Assembly (NCBI RefSeq): GCF_000186885.1
Contig: NC_014972.1
Span: forward strand, 60,001-92,000
Reading direction: 5' to 3'
DNA from: Desulfobulbus propionicus DSM 2032
Lineage (GTDB): Bacteria > Desulfobacterota > Desulfobulbia > Desulfobulbales > Desulfobulbaceae
DNA length: 32,000 nt
In this document: positions 9,018 to 18,035 of the stretch, piece after piece
Position numbering within the stretch: position 1 is the stretch's first letter
Layout of the letters: each line of letters begins with the position of its first letter
Translations under genes and position numbers: made by a program
The notes under the pieces: model-generated
What the model saw: only the letters and a program-made list of their open reading frames with translations
What the model was told of the DNA's origin: nothing
Databases searched by the model: none

Positions 9018-10197
9018 TTCCACGGGGCAGCTGGACTGCCGCCTGCATGCCGCCTGGCTCAGCCAGCTGGCGCGCGAACATCGCGACATCTGCTTTCAGC
9101 ACGCGGTCCCTCTCCAGGCGCCGGTGCTGATCATCAGCCGCAACCGCACCCAGCTGGGCAGCTGGTCGGCCATGGACCGGACCATCGCTCTCAGCCATTT
9201 CCTGATCAGCGGCCACCCCTGGAGTGTCACCCTGCAGGTGCTCAAGCACGAGATGGCCCATCAGATGGTCAGCGAAATCCACGGCCGGGACGATGCCGGC
9301 CACGGACCGTTGTTCCGCGAGTGTTGCAGCCGTCTTGGCCTGGATGCCCCCTTTCACCGGGCCCGCGCCGATCTGGCGGAAGGGCTGGTAGCTGCGGACC
9401 CGGGTTCGGCCACCACCGAGCAAGGCCGGCAGATCATCGACAAGGTGCGCAAACTCTTGGCCCTGGGCGGATCGGACAACGAACACGAGGCGGCGCTGGC
9501 CATCCGGCGGGCCGGGGAGCTGCTGGCCCGCTACCGGCTCGATTTCGACTCCCTGGCCGAGGACCAGGGGCTGGTGCACCGCACCCTCAACACCTTCAGC
9601 CGCATCCTGCCGGCGTATCGCAAATCGATCTGCTCCCTGCTGGAATCGTGCTTCGCGGTGCGGGTGATCTGCGCCTCGCTTTACGACCCACGGGCCGATG
9701 TGTGCCACAAAACCATCGAGCTGCTCGGCCGCGAGGAGGAAGTGGCCATTGCCGAGTACTGCTACCATTTCCTTGAGAACCGGTTGCAGACCCTGTGGGA
9801 AAGACATCGGTGCCGATTTGACGGCAACGGTCGGGTCGCCAAGAAAAGTTATTATCTAGGGCTGCTGGCCGGTTTTCGGCAAACCTTGGAACGGTCGCGG
9901 CGCGCGTCCGAACCGGGAGGGAAAGCGTCGGCCGGAGAAACGGCTCTGCCGGCGCTCAGGGACCAGCAGCGGCTGGAGGCGTTCGTCGCCTTCCGCTTTC
10001 CCCGTCTGCGGCGGATGCGCGGCCGGTCCACCGCCATGAACGGGGCGGCGTACCGTCAGGCGGTTGCGGAGGGCCGCGAGATCATTCTGCGCCGTCCGGT
10101 GGACCAGGACGCTCCCCCGCGCCTCCTGCCGTGGGGGTCGTTTGTTCGGGTTGTGATGGAAGGTGCTGGCGCCCTTGACGCGGGGCGACGGCGTTGA
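9010..10197 (+). CDS. SprT-like zinc metalloprotease-like domain plus DUF2786 domain protein
   Basis: VLKHEMAHQMVSEIHGRDDAGHGPLFRECCSRLG (HExxH plus distal HG.F) followed by IIDKVRKLLALGGSDNEHEAALAIRRAGELLARYRLD (DUF2786-like). Confidence 0.82.
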   Translation: MADSTGQLDCRLHAAWLSQLAREHRDICFQHAVPLQAPVLIISRNRTQLGSWSAMDRTIALSHFLISGHPWSVTLQVLKHEMAHQMVSEIHGRDDAGHGPLFRECCSRLGLDAPFHRARADLAEGLVAADPGSATTEQGRQIIDKVRKLLALGGSDNEHEAALAIRRAGELLARYRLDFDSLAEDQGLVHRTLNTFSRILPAYRKSICSLLESCFAVRVICASLYDPRADVCHKTIELLGREEEVAIAEYCYHFLENRLQTLWERHRCRFDGNGRVAKKSYYLGLLAGFRQTLERSRRASEPGGKASAGETALPALRDQQRLEAFVAFRFPRLRRMRGRSTAMNGAAYRQAVAEGREIILRRPVDQDAPPRLLPWGSFVRVVMEGAGALDAGRRR

Positions 10198-10235
10198 GTA
10201 TAGATGAGCAGTTTGTGGTTCGAAGGAGGAACGGA

Positions 10236-12152
10236 GTGGTGAACTATACCATGGAACGTTGGAACATTAACAAGTCATCCGATCTGTACGGCGTGACGGA
10301 GTGGGGCGGCGGCTACTTTTTCGCGGCCGAGAACGGCGACATGATGGTCATGCCCGAGCCCGGCGCGGTCGACCGGGCGGTGAGCATCGCCGAGATCTCC
10401 AAAGGGATCCGCGAGCGCGGCTTTGACATGCCGGTGCTGCTGCGCATCGAGAACATCCTCGATGCCCAGATCACCAGCCTCAACGAGACCTTCCGCTCGG
10501 CCATGGAGGAGTTGGGTTACAAGGGCACCTTCATGGGCGCCTACCCGATCAAGGTCAACCAGCAGCAGCAGGTGGTGGAAAAGATCGCCCAGTTCGGCTC
10601 GCGCTACCACCACGGCCTCGAAGCCGGGTCCAAGGCCGAGCTGATCGCCGCCATGGGCATGATGCGTGACAAGAAGGCGGCGCTCATCTGCAACGGCTAC
10701 AAGGACGAGGAGTTCATCGATCTCGGTCTCTACGCCACCAAGATCGGCTTCACCTGTATCCTGGTGGTGGAGATGCCCGACGAGCTGCCGCTGATCATCG
10801 AGCGCTCCAAGGCGCTGAATGCCAAGCCGATTCTGGGCATCCGCATCAAACTCTCGGCCCAGGCTGGCGGCCACTGGTCGGAATCCGGCGGCGAGCGCTC
10901 GATCTTCGGCCTCAACACCAGCCAGATCATCCAGGCGGTGGACCTGCTGGCCAGCGCCGGCATGCTCGACTGCCTCAAGCTGGTCCATTACCATCTGGGC
11001 TCGCAGATCTCCAACATCCGCGAGATCCGCACCGCAGTCAACGAGGCCTGCCGGGTCTACGCCGGTCTGGTCAAGGAAGGGGCCCAGGTCCAGTACCTCG
11101 ACCTCGGCGGCGGGCTGGCGGTGGACTATGACGGCTCGCAGTCCAACTTCCTCTCCAGCCGCAACTACACCCTCAAGGAATACTGCACCGACATCATCGA
11201 GGCGGTGATGACTTCGCTGGAGGAGGACCAGATTCCGCACCCGGTGATCGTCACCGAATCGGGACGGGCCCTGGTGGCCTATTACTCGATCCTCTTGTTC
11301 AACATCCTCGACGTCACCCAGTTCCATGCCGAGCCCCTGCCGGCCAAGCTGCCCGAAGGTTGCCCGCCGCAGCTCGAATACATGCACCAGGCGCTCAAGG
11401 ACCTGACCATCCGCAACATTCAGGAAGTGCTCAACGACGTTATCTTCTACCGCGACGAAACCCGGCGGATGTTTCAGCACGGCAAAATCAGCCTGCGTGA
11501 ACGTTCGCTGGCCGAGCAGCTGTTTTGGACCACGATCAACGAGATCAACCGCCTGGCCAAGGAGCTGAAGAATCCGAGCGCCGAGCTCATCGATCTCGAC
11601 CGGGTCCTCTCCGATTTTTATTACTGCAATTTCAGCGTCTTTCAGAGTTTGCCCGATAGCTGGGCCATCGGCCAGCTGTTTCCGATCATGCCCATCCATC
11701 GCCTGGACGAGGAACCGACCCGCAAGGGCATCCTGGCTGACATCACCTGCGACTGCGACGGCAAGATCGACCAGTTCATCGACAAACGCGGGGTCAAACG
11801 CTATCTGCCGCTGCACGAACTCAAGCCCTACGAAGAGTATATTCTTGGTGTGTTCCTGGTCGGCGCCTATCAGGAGACCTTGGGTGATCTCCATAACCTG
11901 CTGGGCGACACCAACGTGGTCACCATCCGCATCCAGGACAAGGGCGAATTTGAATTCGTCAGCGAACAGGAAGGTGACACCGTGGCTGAGGTGCTGTCCT
12001 ACGTGCAGTACGATCCCAAGCGGCTTTTTGTCCGCTTCCGTGAAACCGCCGAGCAGGCGGTGCGCTCCGGGCGGATCAGCGCCCAGGAGCGACGGGAGAT
12101 TGTCGAGGCCTATGAGGCGGGGTTGCGGGGCTACACCTATTTTGAGCGGTAG
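10236..12152 (+). CDS. speA: biosynthetic arginine decarboxylase
   Basis: MERWNINKSSDLYGVTEWGGGYFFAAENGDMMVMP..., PLP motif GAYPIKVNQQQQVVEKIAQFG, HYHLGSQISNIREIRTAVNEA, YLDLGGGLAVDYDG, ITCDCDGKIDQFI. The ORF extends to TTG 10194, but a strong SD (AAGGAGG) sits 6 nt upstream of GTG 10236; ATG 10251 is another candidate. Confidence 0.96.
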   Translation: MVNYTMERWNINKSSDLYGVTEWGGGYFFAAENGDMMVMPEPGAVDRAVSIAEISKGIRERGFDMPVLLRIENILDAQITSLNETFRSAMEELGYKGTFMGAYPIKVNQQQQVVEKIAQFGSRYHHGLEAGSKAELIAAMGMMRDKKAALICNGYKDEEFIDLGLYATKIGFTCILVVEMPDELPLIIERSKALNAKPILGIRIKLSAQAGGHWSESGGERSIFGLNTSQIIQAVDLLASAGMLDCLKLVHYHLGSQISNIREIRTAVNEACRVYAGLVKEGAQVQYLDLGGGLAVDYDGSQSNFLSSRNYTLKEYCTDIIEAVMTSLEEDQIPHPVIVTESGRALVAYYSILLFNILDVTQFHAEPLPAKLPEGCPPQLEYMHQALKDLTIRNIQEVLNDVIFYRDETRRMFQHGKISLRERSLAEQLFWTTINEINRLAKELKNPSAELIDLDRVLSDFYYCNFSVFQSLPDSWAIGQLFPIMPIHRLDEEPTRKGILADITCDCDGKIDQFIDKRGVKRYLPLHELKPYEEYILGVFLVGAYQETLGDLHNLLGDTNVVTIRIQDKGEFEFVSEQEGDTVAEVLSYVQYDPKRLFVRFRETAEQAVRSGRISAQERREIVEAYEAGLRGYTYFER

Positions 12153-12324
12153 GCGGAGCGATCAGGGAGAGGGCGCAACATGCGATGCTCCTGCATGTCG
12201 TGTTGCACATGGTCAGTGGATGCGTCCTCGACCGCCTGCCCGTGTTTGGTCGTTGATCGCCATGATCGACGGCAAAACGAAAAATTGGCGGGCGTGAGGG
12301 GCGCGAGCAAACAGACGGTACCCC

Positions 12325-12792
12325 ATGGACAAACGACTTTTCGTGGCCATTGATCCACCGCCGGAGATTCGCGAGCAGTTGGCCGGGATCTGTTGCGGTC
12401 TGCCCGCCGCCCGCTGGACGCCGGTCGAACAACTGCATCTCACCCTCTGCTTTATCGGCGAGGTCGACGGTGCAATCTTTCTCGACATCCGGGAGGCGCT
12501 CGGCGAGCTCTCCGCCCCGTCCTTTGACCTGCGGCTCAAGGGGGTGGGGTTTTTCCCGCCGCGTGGCCTGCCGCGGGTGGTCTGGGCCGGCGTGGAGCGC
12601 AGCGAACCGTTGTTGGGGCTGCAGCGTAAGATCACCACCCGGCTGTTTCAACTGGGGGTTGCACTGGACAACCGCAAATTCAGCCCCCTGTTCACCGTGG
12701 ACCGTTTTCTCCTCTATTCCAGCATCCTGGGCCGCAAGGGCGCCACCCATATCGTGGAGCGGGAATACCCGCTCAGTATCGGCAACAGCTAG
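12325..12792 (+). CDS. thpR: RNA 2',3'-cyclic phosphodiesterase / 2'-5' RNA ligase family protein
   Basis: 155 aa MDKRLFVAIDPPPEIREQLAGI...EQLHLTLCFIGEV... with the first HxTx motif (HLTL); the second, less canonical, lies near KFSPLFTVDRFLLYSSIL. Confidence 0.8.
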   Translation: MDKRLFVAIDPPPEIREQLAGICCGLPAARWTPVEQLHLTLCFIGEVDGAIFLDIREALGELSAPSFDLRLKGVGFFPPRGLPRVVWAGVERSEPLLGLQRKITTRLFQLGVALDNRKFSPLFTVDRFLLYSSILGRKGATHIVEREYPLSIGNS

Positions 12793-13084
12793 GAACCGCG
12801 GACCCTCCCTGGTGCAGACATCCACCCCAAGGGGGCAGGCTGCCCAACAAGGGGCGTTATGTCCCGCTCTTGCGACCTTTATTCCGATTTTTCGGATTTT
12901 ATTTTCATTTTCCCGGAATTTCGTTGTCCTGTTGTTTTGTGATTCTTGGCTGTTCTGGGATAAAAGAATATTATTTCAAACTGTTGCTGTTTTTTTCGCG
13001 TTTTTCTCCTTCTGGTACGAATGATGCTTTCTGTAAAGGAACATGACATGTCTGATTCGCAGACGCACCCCAAGGAGGCGCAAC

Positions 13085-13774
13085 ATGAAAAAACAGATGA
13101 TCATACTGGCGGGCTTGTTGGCCCTTTGTCCGCTGACCGCAGCGGCGGACGCCGTTTCAACAGGGTATATGCAAATAGGCTATAACCAGCCTGTTGTGCA
13201 GACTTCCCTTGGAAACTGGTATACGGATTATGAGATAACAGCTTCAAGTCTCGGAGAGCTTGCGTTACAGAGTTCCGAAGTTTTTTGTGTGGAACATGCT
13301 GATCTGAATAAAAATTATGCTGAATATGCCTTTTATCGGATCGATGAACAGTTGGATACCGACTACGGTGGTGGCGACGCAGCCTACCTCGACAAATTGA
13401 TCCAAGCGAGCTGGATCGCCACTTGGGCACTGACCTCAAACCAAACGGACGCCAAAACGATCGGACAGCTGGCAATATGGCATGTCATGCTTGGTGCGAC
13501 TATTGCTGAGACCAACTCGTATTACGGCCAGGTCATGCAGCTTCTGTATCCGGCCTATAATACAGCGAAAGAAGACGGCACCTATAATGATTATGTCGAC
13601 GATTGGTTACTCGCGGTGAATCCTGCGGTGACCAATGGTGAGATTCCACTGGGGGTGCCAGGGCAGAATTTTCTCGTGAAGGCCAATAGCCCTGTTCCCG
13701 AGCCAGCCACCATGTTTTTGTTTGGCACTGGAATGGCCGGACTGGCAGGAATGATCCGGCGCAAGCGAAGCTGA
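13085..13774 (+). CDS. PEP-CTERM sorting domain-containing secreted protein
   Basis: Signal peptide MKKQMIILAGLLALCPLTAAADA; C-terminal VPEPATMFLFGTGMAGLAGMIRRKRS (PEP motif, TM, basic tail); ATG 13085. Confidence 0.93.
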   Translation: MKKQMIILAGLLALCPLTAAADAVSTGYMQIGYNQPVVQTSLGNWYTDYEITASSLGELALQSSEVFCVEHADLNKNYAEYAFYRIDEQLDTDYGGGDAAYLDKLIQASWIATWALTSNQTDAKTIGQLAIWHVMLGATIAETNSYYGQVMQLLYPAYNTAKEDGTYNDYVDDWLLAVNPAVTNGEIPLGVPGQNFLVKANSPVPEPATMFLFGTGMAGLAGMIRRKRS

Positions 13775-13807
13775 ACGAAAATTCGGAATATCCGCCATGG
13801 CGGAATA

Positions 13808-13840
13808 AAAAAAGCAGGGCCATCTGGCCCTGCTTTTTTT
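13808..13840. terminator. rho-independent terminator, potentially bidirectional
   Basis: AAAAAAAGCAGGGCC-AT-CTGGCCCTGCTTTTTTT, stem plus poly-T, just downstream of the PEP-CTERM gene. Confidence 0.9.
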
Positions 13841-13897
13841 ATTGCCTCTCTTGACCGTATTTCCGTCATCAGGTACATAGCTGTGGATTGCGGCCAC

Positions 13898-13930
13898 AAA
13901 AAAAGCGGTCACAGATTACCCTGTGACCGC
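13898..13930 (-). terminator. rho-independent terminator of the tRNA-Cys transcript
   Basis: On minus strand GCGGTCACAG-GGTAAT-CTGTGACCGC-TTTTTTT directly downstream of the tRNA. Confidence 0.88.
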
Positions 13931-13940
13931 TTGCATTTTT

Positions 13941-14015
13941 TGGAGGCGACGAGCGGATTTGAACCGCTGAGTAATGGTTTTGCAGACCACTGCCTTACCA
14001 CTTGGCTACGTCGCC
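13941..14015 (-). tRNA. tRNA-Cys (anticodon GCA)
   Basis: Reverse complement GGCGACGTAGCCAAGTGGTAAGGCAGTGGTCTGCAAAACCATTACTCAGCGGTTCAAATCCGCTCGTCGCCTCCA: cloverleaf with acceptor GGCGACG/CGTCGCC, anticodon loop CTGCAAA, GGTTCAAATCC T-arm and encoded CCA. Confidence 0.97.
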
Positions 14016-14073
14016 GGAACGTGCGGCACACATATACCATAGATTTTTTTTTTGACAAGGGGAAATCCAACCC

Positions 14074-14805
14074 ATGGGAACCACCATCGCCAACCTGATT
14101 CAGGACAACGAGGAAGGGTTGCACGAGTTGCAGGAACGGATCGGTTATCGCTTTCGCGACCTGCGGCTGCTGCAACTCTCTCTCATCCACAGCTCCTTCG
14201 CCTTCGAGCGCCTCGACGATGGCCGGCACAACGAAACCCAGGAATTCCTGGGTGATGCCGTCCTCGACCTGACCGTCGGCTACATCCTTTTCGTCCGTTT
14301 TCCGGAAATGCGCGAGGGCAAGTTGACCCGCATCCGGTCGGCCCTGGTCAACGAACAGGGGCTGGCCGACCGGGCCCGGGAGATTGATCTGGGCAAGTAC
14401 CTGCTGCTGGGCAAGGGGGAGAACGCCTCCAACGGCCGCGACAAATCGTCCATCCTCTCCTGTGCCTACGAGGCCCTGGTGGGCGCGTTGTTTCTCGACG
14501 GCGGCTACGACCAGGCCCTGGCCTTTGTCCGCCGTTTCTTCGAGCCGCATATCGACCAGCACCAGGAACAGCTGGTCAGCGCCGATGCCAAGAGCTCGCT
14601 CCAGGAATTGCTCCAGGAGCGGTTCAACGAAGGGCCGGAGTATATGCTCACCGGCGAGGAAGGGCCGGCCCATGCCCGCCTCTTCTCCATCACCGTCACC
14701 TTTCAGGGAGAAGAGCTGGGCAGCGGCAGGGCTTCGAGCAAGAAGGAGGCCGAGCAGCAGGCCGCTCGCGCCGCCCTGGACTATCTCGCGCCCAGGCAGG
14801 GCTGA
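14074..14805 (+). CDS. rnc: ribonuclease III
   Basis: 243 aa; LQLSLIHSSFAFE, NETQEFLGDAVLDLTVGYILF (RNase III signature), C-terminal dsRBD ...GEELGSGRASSKKEAEQQAARAALDYL. Confidence 0.97.
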   Translation: MGTTIANLIQDNEEGLHELQERIGYRFRDLRLLQLSLIHSSFAFERLDDGRHNETQEFLGDAVLDLTVGYILFVRFPEMREGKLTRIRSALVNEQGLADRAREIDLGKYLLLGKGENASNGRDKSSILSCAYEALVGALFLDGGYDQALAFVRRFFEPHIDQHQEQLVSADAKSSLQELLQERFNEGPEYMLTGEEGPAHARLFSITVTFQGEELGSGRASSKKEAEQQAARAALDYLAPRQG

Positions 14806-14828
14806 CCGATCCGTTTGGGTCCCCCGAT

Positions 14829-15836
14829 ATGCCGCTGGTCATCCCGATCTTCATCCCCCACGAGGGCTGCCCGCACCGCTGCATCTTCTGCGACCAGCGC
14901 CGGATCAGCGGCCAGGTCGCTCCTCCGGTCGACAGCAACGGGGTGGCGGAGACGATCCGCGTTTGGCTGGCCCGATCGCGGCCCGACAGGCGGGAGCGGG
15001 TGCAGGTGGCCTTGTACGGCGGCAGCTTCACCGGTCTGCCCGTCGAGCGCCAGCGGGAACTGCTGGCCGCGGTGCAGCCGTTTCGCCGCCATGGACTGGT
15101 CCAGGAGATCCGTCTGTCGACCCGGCCCGACCTGATCGACAGCGGGCGGCTGGATCTGCTGGAAGAGTACGGGGTGTCGATTGTCGAGCTGGGAGCCCAG
15201 TCCTGCGATGACCGGGTTCTGCGTCTCGCTGGACGGGGGCATGGCGGCGCGGCTGTCGAGGACGCGGCGCGCCAGCTCCGGGAACGGGGTTTTGGTTTGG
15301 GCATACAGCTGATGCTCGGGCTGCCGGGTGACAGCTTTCGCATCCTGCGCCAGACCGTGGCGACGGTTGTCAGCCTGCGGCCCGCGTTTGTGCGCCTCTA
15401 TCCGGTGCTGGTGGTGCGCGGCAGCGGGTTGGAGCGGTTGTACCACCGGGGAGGATACCGGCCGCTCAGTCTCGGCCGGGCGGTGGTTCTGACCGCCTAC
15501 ATGAAAAAACGGTTTGACGATCAGGGGATCGGGGTGGTACGGATGGGCCTGCAACCAAGCCCGGAGCTAGAGCGCGCCGTGGTGGCCGGCCCCTACCATC
15601 CGGCCTTTGGCGAACTGGTCAAGGCCCGGCTGATGCTCCGCCAGGCCCGGCGGCTGCTGGCCGGAGTGCAGCCCTCGACCCCGGTGACCCTGGTAATTGC
15701 CGAGCGGGATCAATCCATCTTTCGCGGCCCGCGTTCGGCCAACCTGGAACGGCTGCGGCAGTTGGGGTTGCTGGACCGCTTTGTTCTGCGCGCCGACCCG
15801 AACCAGCCCCGGCAGGCGATAGCAATAGGTGGATAG
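14829..15836 (+). CDS. radical SAM protein (Elp3/YhcC-like)
   Basis: IPIFIPHEGCPHRCIFCDQRRISG (CxxxCxxC), VQVALYGGSFTGLP, STRPDLID, VELGAQSCDDRVL, GLGIQLMLGLPGD. Confidence 0.92.
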   Translation: MPLVIPIFIPHEGCPHRCIFCDQRRISGQVAPPVDSNGVAETIRVWLARSRPDRRERVQVALYGGSFTGLPVERQRELLAAVQPFRRHGLVQEIRLSTRPDLIDSGRLDLLEEYGVSIVELGAQSCDDRVLRLAGRGHGGAAVEDAARQLRERGFGLGIQLMLGLPGDSFRILRQTVATVVSLRPAFVRLYPVLVVRGSGLERLYHRGGYRPLSLGRAVVLTAYMKKRFDDQGIGVVRMGLQPSPELERAVVAGPYHPAFGELVKARLMLRQARRLLAGVQPSTPVTLVIAERDQSIFRGPRSANLERLRQLGLLDRFVLRADPNQPRQAIAIGG

Positions 15837-15975
15837 GTGGACAGTCTGTAGGTTGTCAGGGTGTCCGCACCGCGTAGCTGCTCCTCTTGATGGGCGACCG
15901 ATCACCGCTCTCTCCCTCGCACATTGAACCACCTGATAGACCAACAGATTCAACCGATAACAGCACCTCTCTTTC

Positions 15976-17976
15976 ATGCTCAGCATCAACAATCTCAACC
16001 TGCAGTACGGCAGCAAACATATTTTCCGCGACGTTTCGGCCCAGATCCACATCGGTGACCGGGTCGGCCTGGCAGGCGTCAACGGCGCCGGCAAGTCGAC
16101 CCTGCTCAGGATCATGTGCGGCGAGCAGGAGGTCGATCCGGGCATCGTCAACCGCGCTTCCTGGTTCACCGTGGCCTACCTGCCCCAGGAGGTGAGCATC
16201 GAACTGGGGAGCCGCAGCCTCTTTAGCGAGGCGGAATCGGCCTTTGACGAGGTCCTCGCCCAACAGGAAGAACTCGACCGGGTGAGCGAGGAGCTGGCCC
16301 TGCTCGATGCCGACAGCCCGGAGATCGAATCCTTGCTGGCCCGCCAGGGCGAGTTGCAGCATCTGCTCGAGGGCAGCGATGTGTTCCGCATCCGGCCGCA
16401 GATCGAACGGGTGCTGTTCGGGCTCGGTTTCTCCGCCGCCGACCTGGATCGCGAGGTGCGGAGTTTCTCCGGCGGCTGGATCATGCGGCTCTTGCTGGCC
16501 AAGCTGCTCTTGAAGCGGCCGGCACTGCTCCTTTTGGACGAGCCCACCAACCATCTCGACCTTGACTCGCTCACCTGGTTGGAGGAGTTTCTTCTCGGCT
16601 ATCAGGGCTCGATGGTTATCATCTCCCACGACCGTTCCTTCCTCGACCGGGTGACGCAGGTCACCTGGGAGCTGAGCCTGGGGCGACTGAGTGTTTTTCG
16701 CGGCAACTACTCCCATTATCTAGTGGAAAAGGCGCAGCGGCTGGAACTGGAGCGTGCCGCTTACGACAATCAGCAGGCCCTGATCCGCCAGAGTGAACGG
16801 TTCATCACCCGGTTCCGCGCCAAATCCACCAAGGCCAAGCAGGTGCAGAGCCGGGTCAAGCAGTTGGAGAAACTGGAACGGCTCGAGCTCTCGGAAACCG
16901 AGCGCACCATCCATTTTACCTTTCCGCCGGCCGCCCCCTCGGGCCGCGATGTGCTCAGCCTGGAGGGCGTGCGCAAAGCGTATCACGGCCAACAGGTGTT
17001 CGATGGCGTCAGCTTCTCCCTGCAGCGTGGCGACAAGCTGGCCGTGGTCGGCGTCAACGGCGCCGGCAAGACCACCCTGCTCAAGATTCTGGCTGGCCTG
17101 GAGCCGGCCGAGGGCACGATCAAGCCAGGCCACAACGTCATCCTCTCCTACTTCGGCCAGCATCAGGCCCAGGAGTTGGCCGGCGAGCTGACCATCCTCG
17201 ACACCGTCTATCACACCGCGGTCGACATGACCATCACCCAGGTGCGCTCCCTGCTCGGTGCCTTTCTCTTCAGCGGCGAGGAAGTGGAAAAGCAGGTGCG
17301 GGTGCTCTCCGGCGGCGAGAAATCACGGGTGGCCCTGGCCAAGATGCTGGTGCGGCCGGCCAACCTGATGCTGCTCGACGAACCCACCAACCACCTGGAC
17401 ATGAGCAGCCAGGAAATCCTCCAGGAGGCCATGGCCCAGTACGAGGGCACGATCATCGTCGTCTCCCACAACCGCTTCTTCGTCAACTCCTTTGTCAACA
17501 AAGTCCTGGAGATCAGAAACGGCAAGGCCACCATCCATGAGGGCAACATCGACGACTACCTCGAATGGCGGCGCAAGATGGAGGCTGTCCAGTCCGGGAC
17601 AGGCACCGAGTCGGCTAAAATAAAGGCACCCGTGCACACCTCCAGCGTCCCGGAGAGTAGTGGCGCGGTCGCCGACAAGAAGACGCAGCGCAAACAGCGG
17701 GCCCTGGAGCGGCAGCAGCTCAATAAAAAACTCGGTCCGTGGAAAAAGAAGAGTGACGAGGCGGAACGGGAGATCGAACGGTACGAGAGCCGCAAGGCCG
17801 AACTCGAAGCCCTGATGGCCGATCCCGACCTGTACGGCGACCAGGAGCGGTGGAGCGCCACCAGCAAGGAGTACGGCCAGGTGGAACGCCATCTGGAGCG
17901 GGCCTATCAGCGCTGGGAAGAGGCCCAGCAGGCCATCGAGGCCATTGAACGGGAAGTGGCGGCACACGATCAATAA
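15976..17976 (+). CDS. ABC-F family ATP-binding cassette protein
   Basis: Two ABC domains (GVNGAGKSTLLR, FSGGWIMRLLLAKLLLKRPALLLLDEPTNHLD; [44 protein letters not shown]), ABC-F linker, C-terminal charged coiled coil. Confidence 0.95.
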   Translation: MLSINNLNLQYGSKHIFRDVSAQIHIGDRVGLAGVNGAGKSTLLRIMCGEQEVDPGIVNRASWFTVAYLPQEVSIELGSRSLFSEAESAFDEVLAQQEELDRVSEELALLDADSPEIESLLARQGELQHLLEGSDVFRIRPQIERVLFGLGFSAADLDREVRSFSGGWIMRLLLAKLLLKRPALLLLDEPTNHLDLDSLTWLEEFLLGYQGSMVIISHDRSFLDRVTQVTWELSLGRLSVFRGNYSHYLVEKAQRLELERAAYDNQQALIRQSERFITRFRAKSTKAKQVQSRVKQLEKLERLELSETERTIHFTFPPAAPSGRDVLSLEGVRKAYHGQQVFDGVSFSLQRGDKLAVVGVNGAGKTTLLKILAGLEPAEGTIKPGHNVILSYFGQHQAQELAGELTILDTVYHTAVDMTITQVRSLLGAFLFSGEEVEKQVRVLSGGEKSRVALAKMLVRPANLMLLDEPTNHLDMSSQEILQEAMAQYEGTIIVVSHNRFFVNSFVNKVLEIRNGKATIHEGNIDDYLEWRRKMEAVQSGTGTESAKIKAPVHTSSVPESSGAVADKKTQRKQRALERQQLNKKLGPWKKKSDEAEREIERYESRKAELEALMADPDLYGDQERWSATSKEYGQVERHLERAYQRWEEAQQAIEAIEREVAAHDQ

Positions 17977-18035
17977 GCGGAGCCCGTCCCGGCCTTCTGT
18001 TCAACCACTGCGCACCCCCTGAATTGGAGAAGAGT

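Noticed and set aside
10275-11894. 539-aa minus-strand ORF opposite speA
   Set aside because: Antisense shadow of a confidently identified speA.
13898-14015. tRNA-Cys as an integration site for a genomic island
   Set aside because: No integrase gene and no visible partial duplication of the tRNA 3' end in the window; neighbours are core genes.
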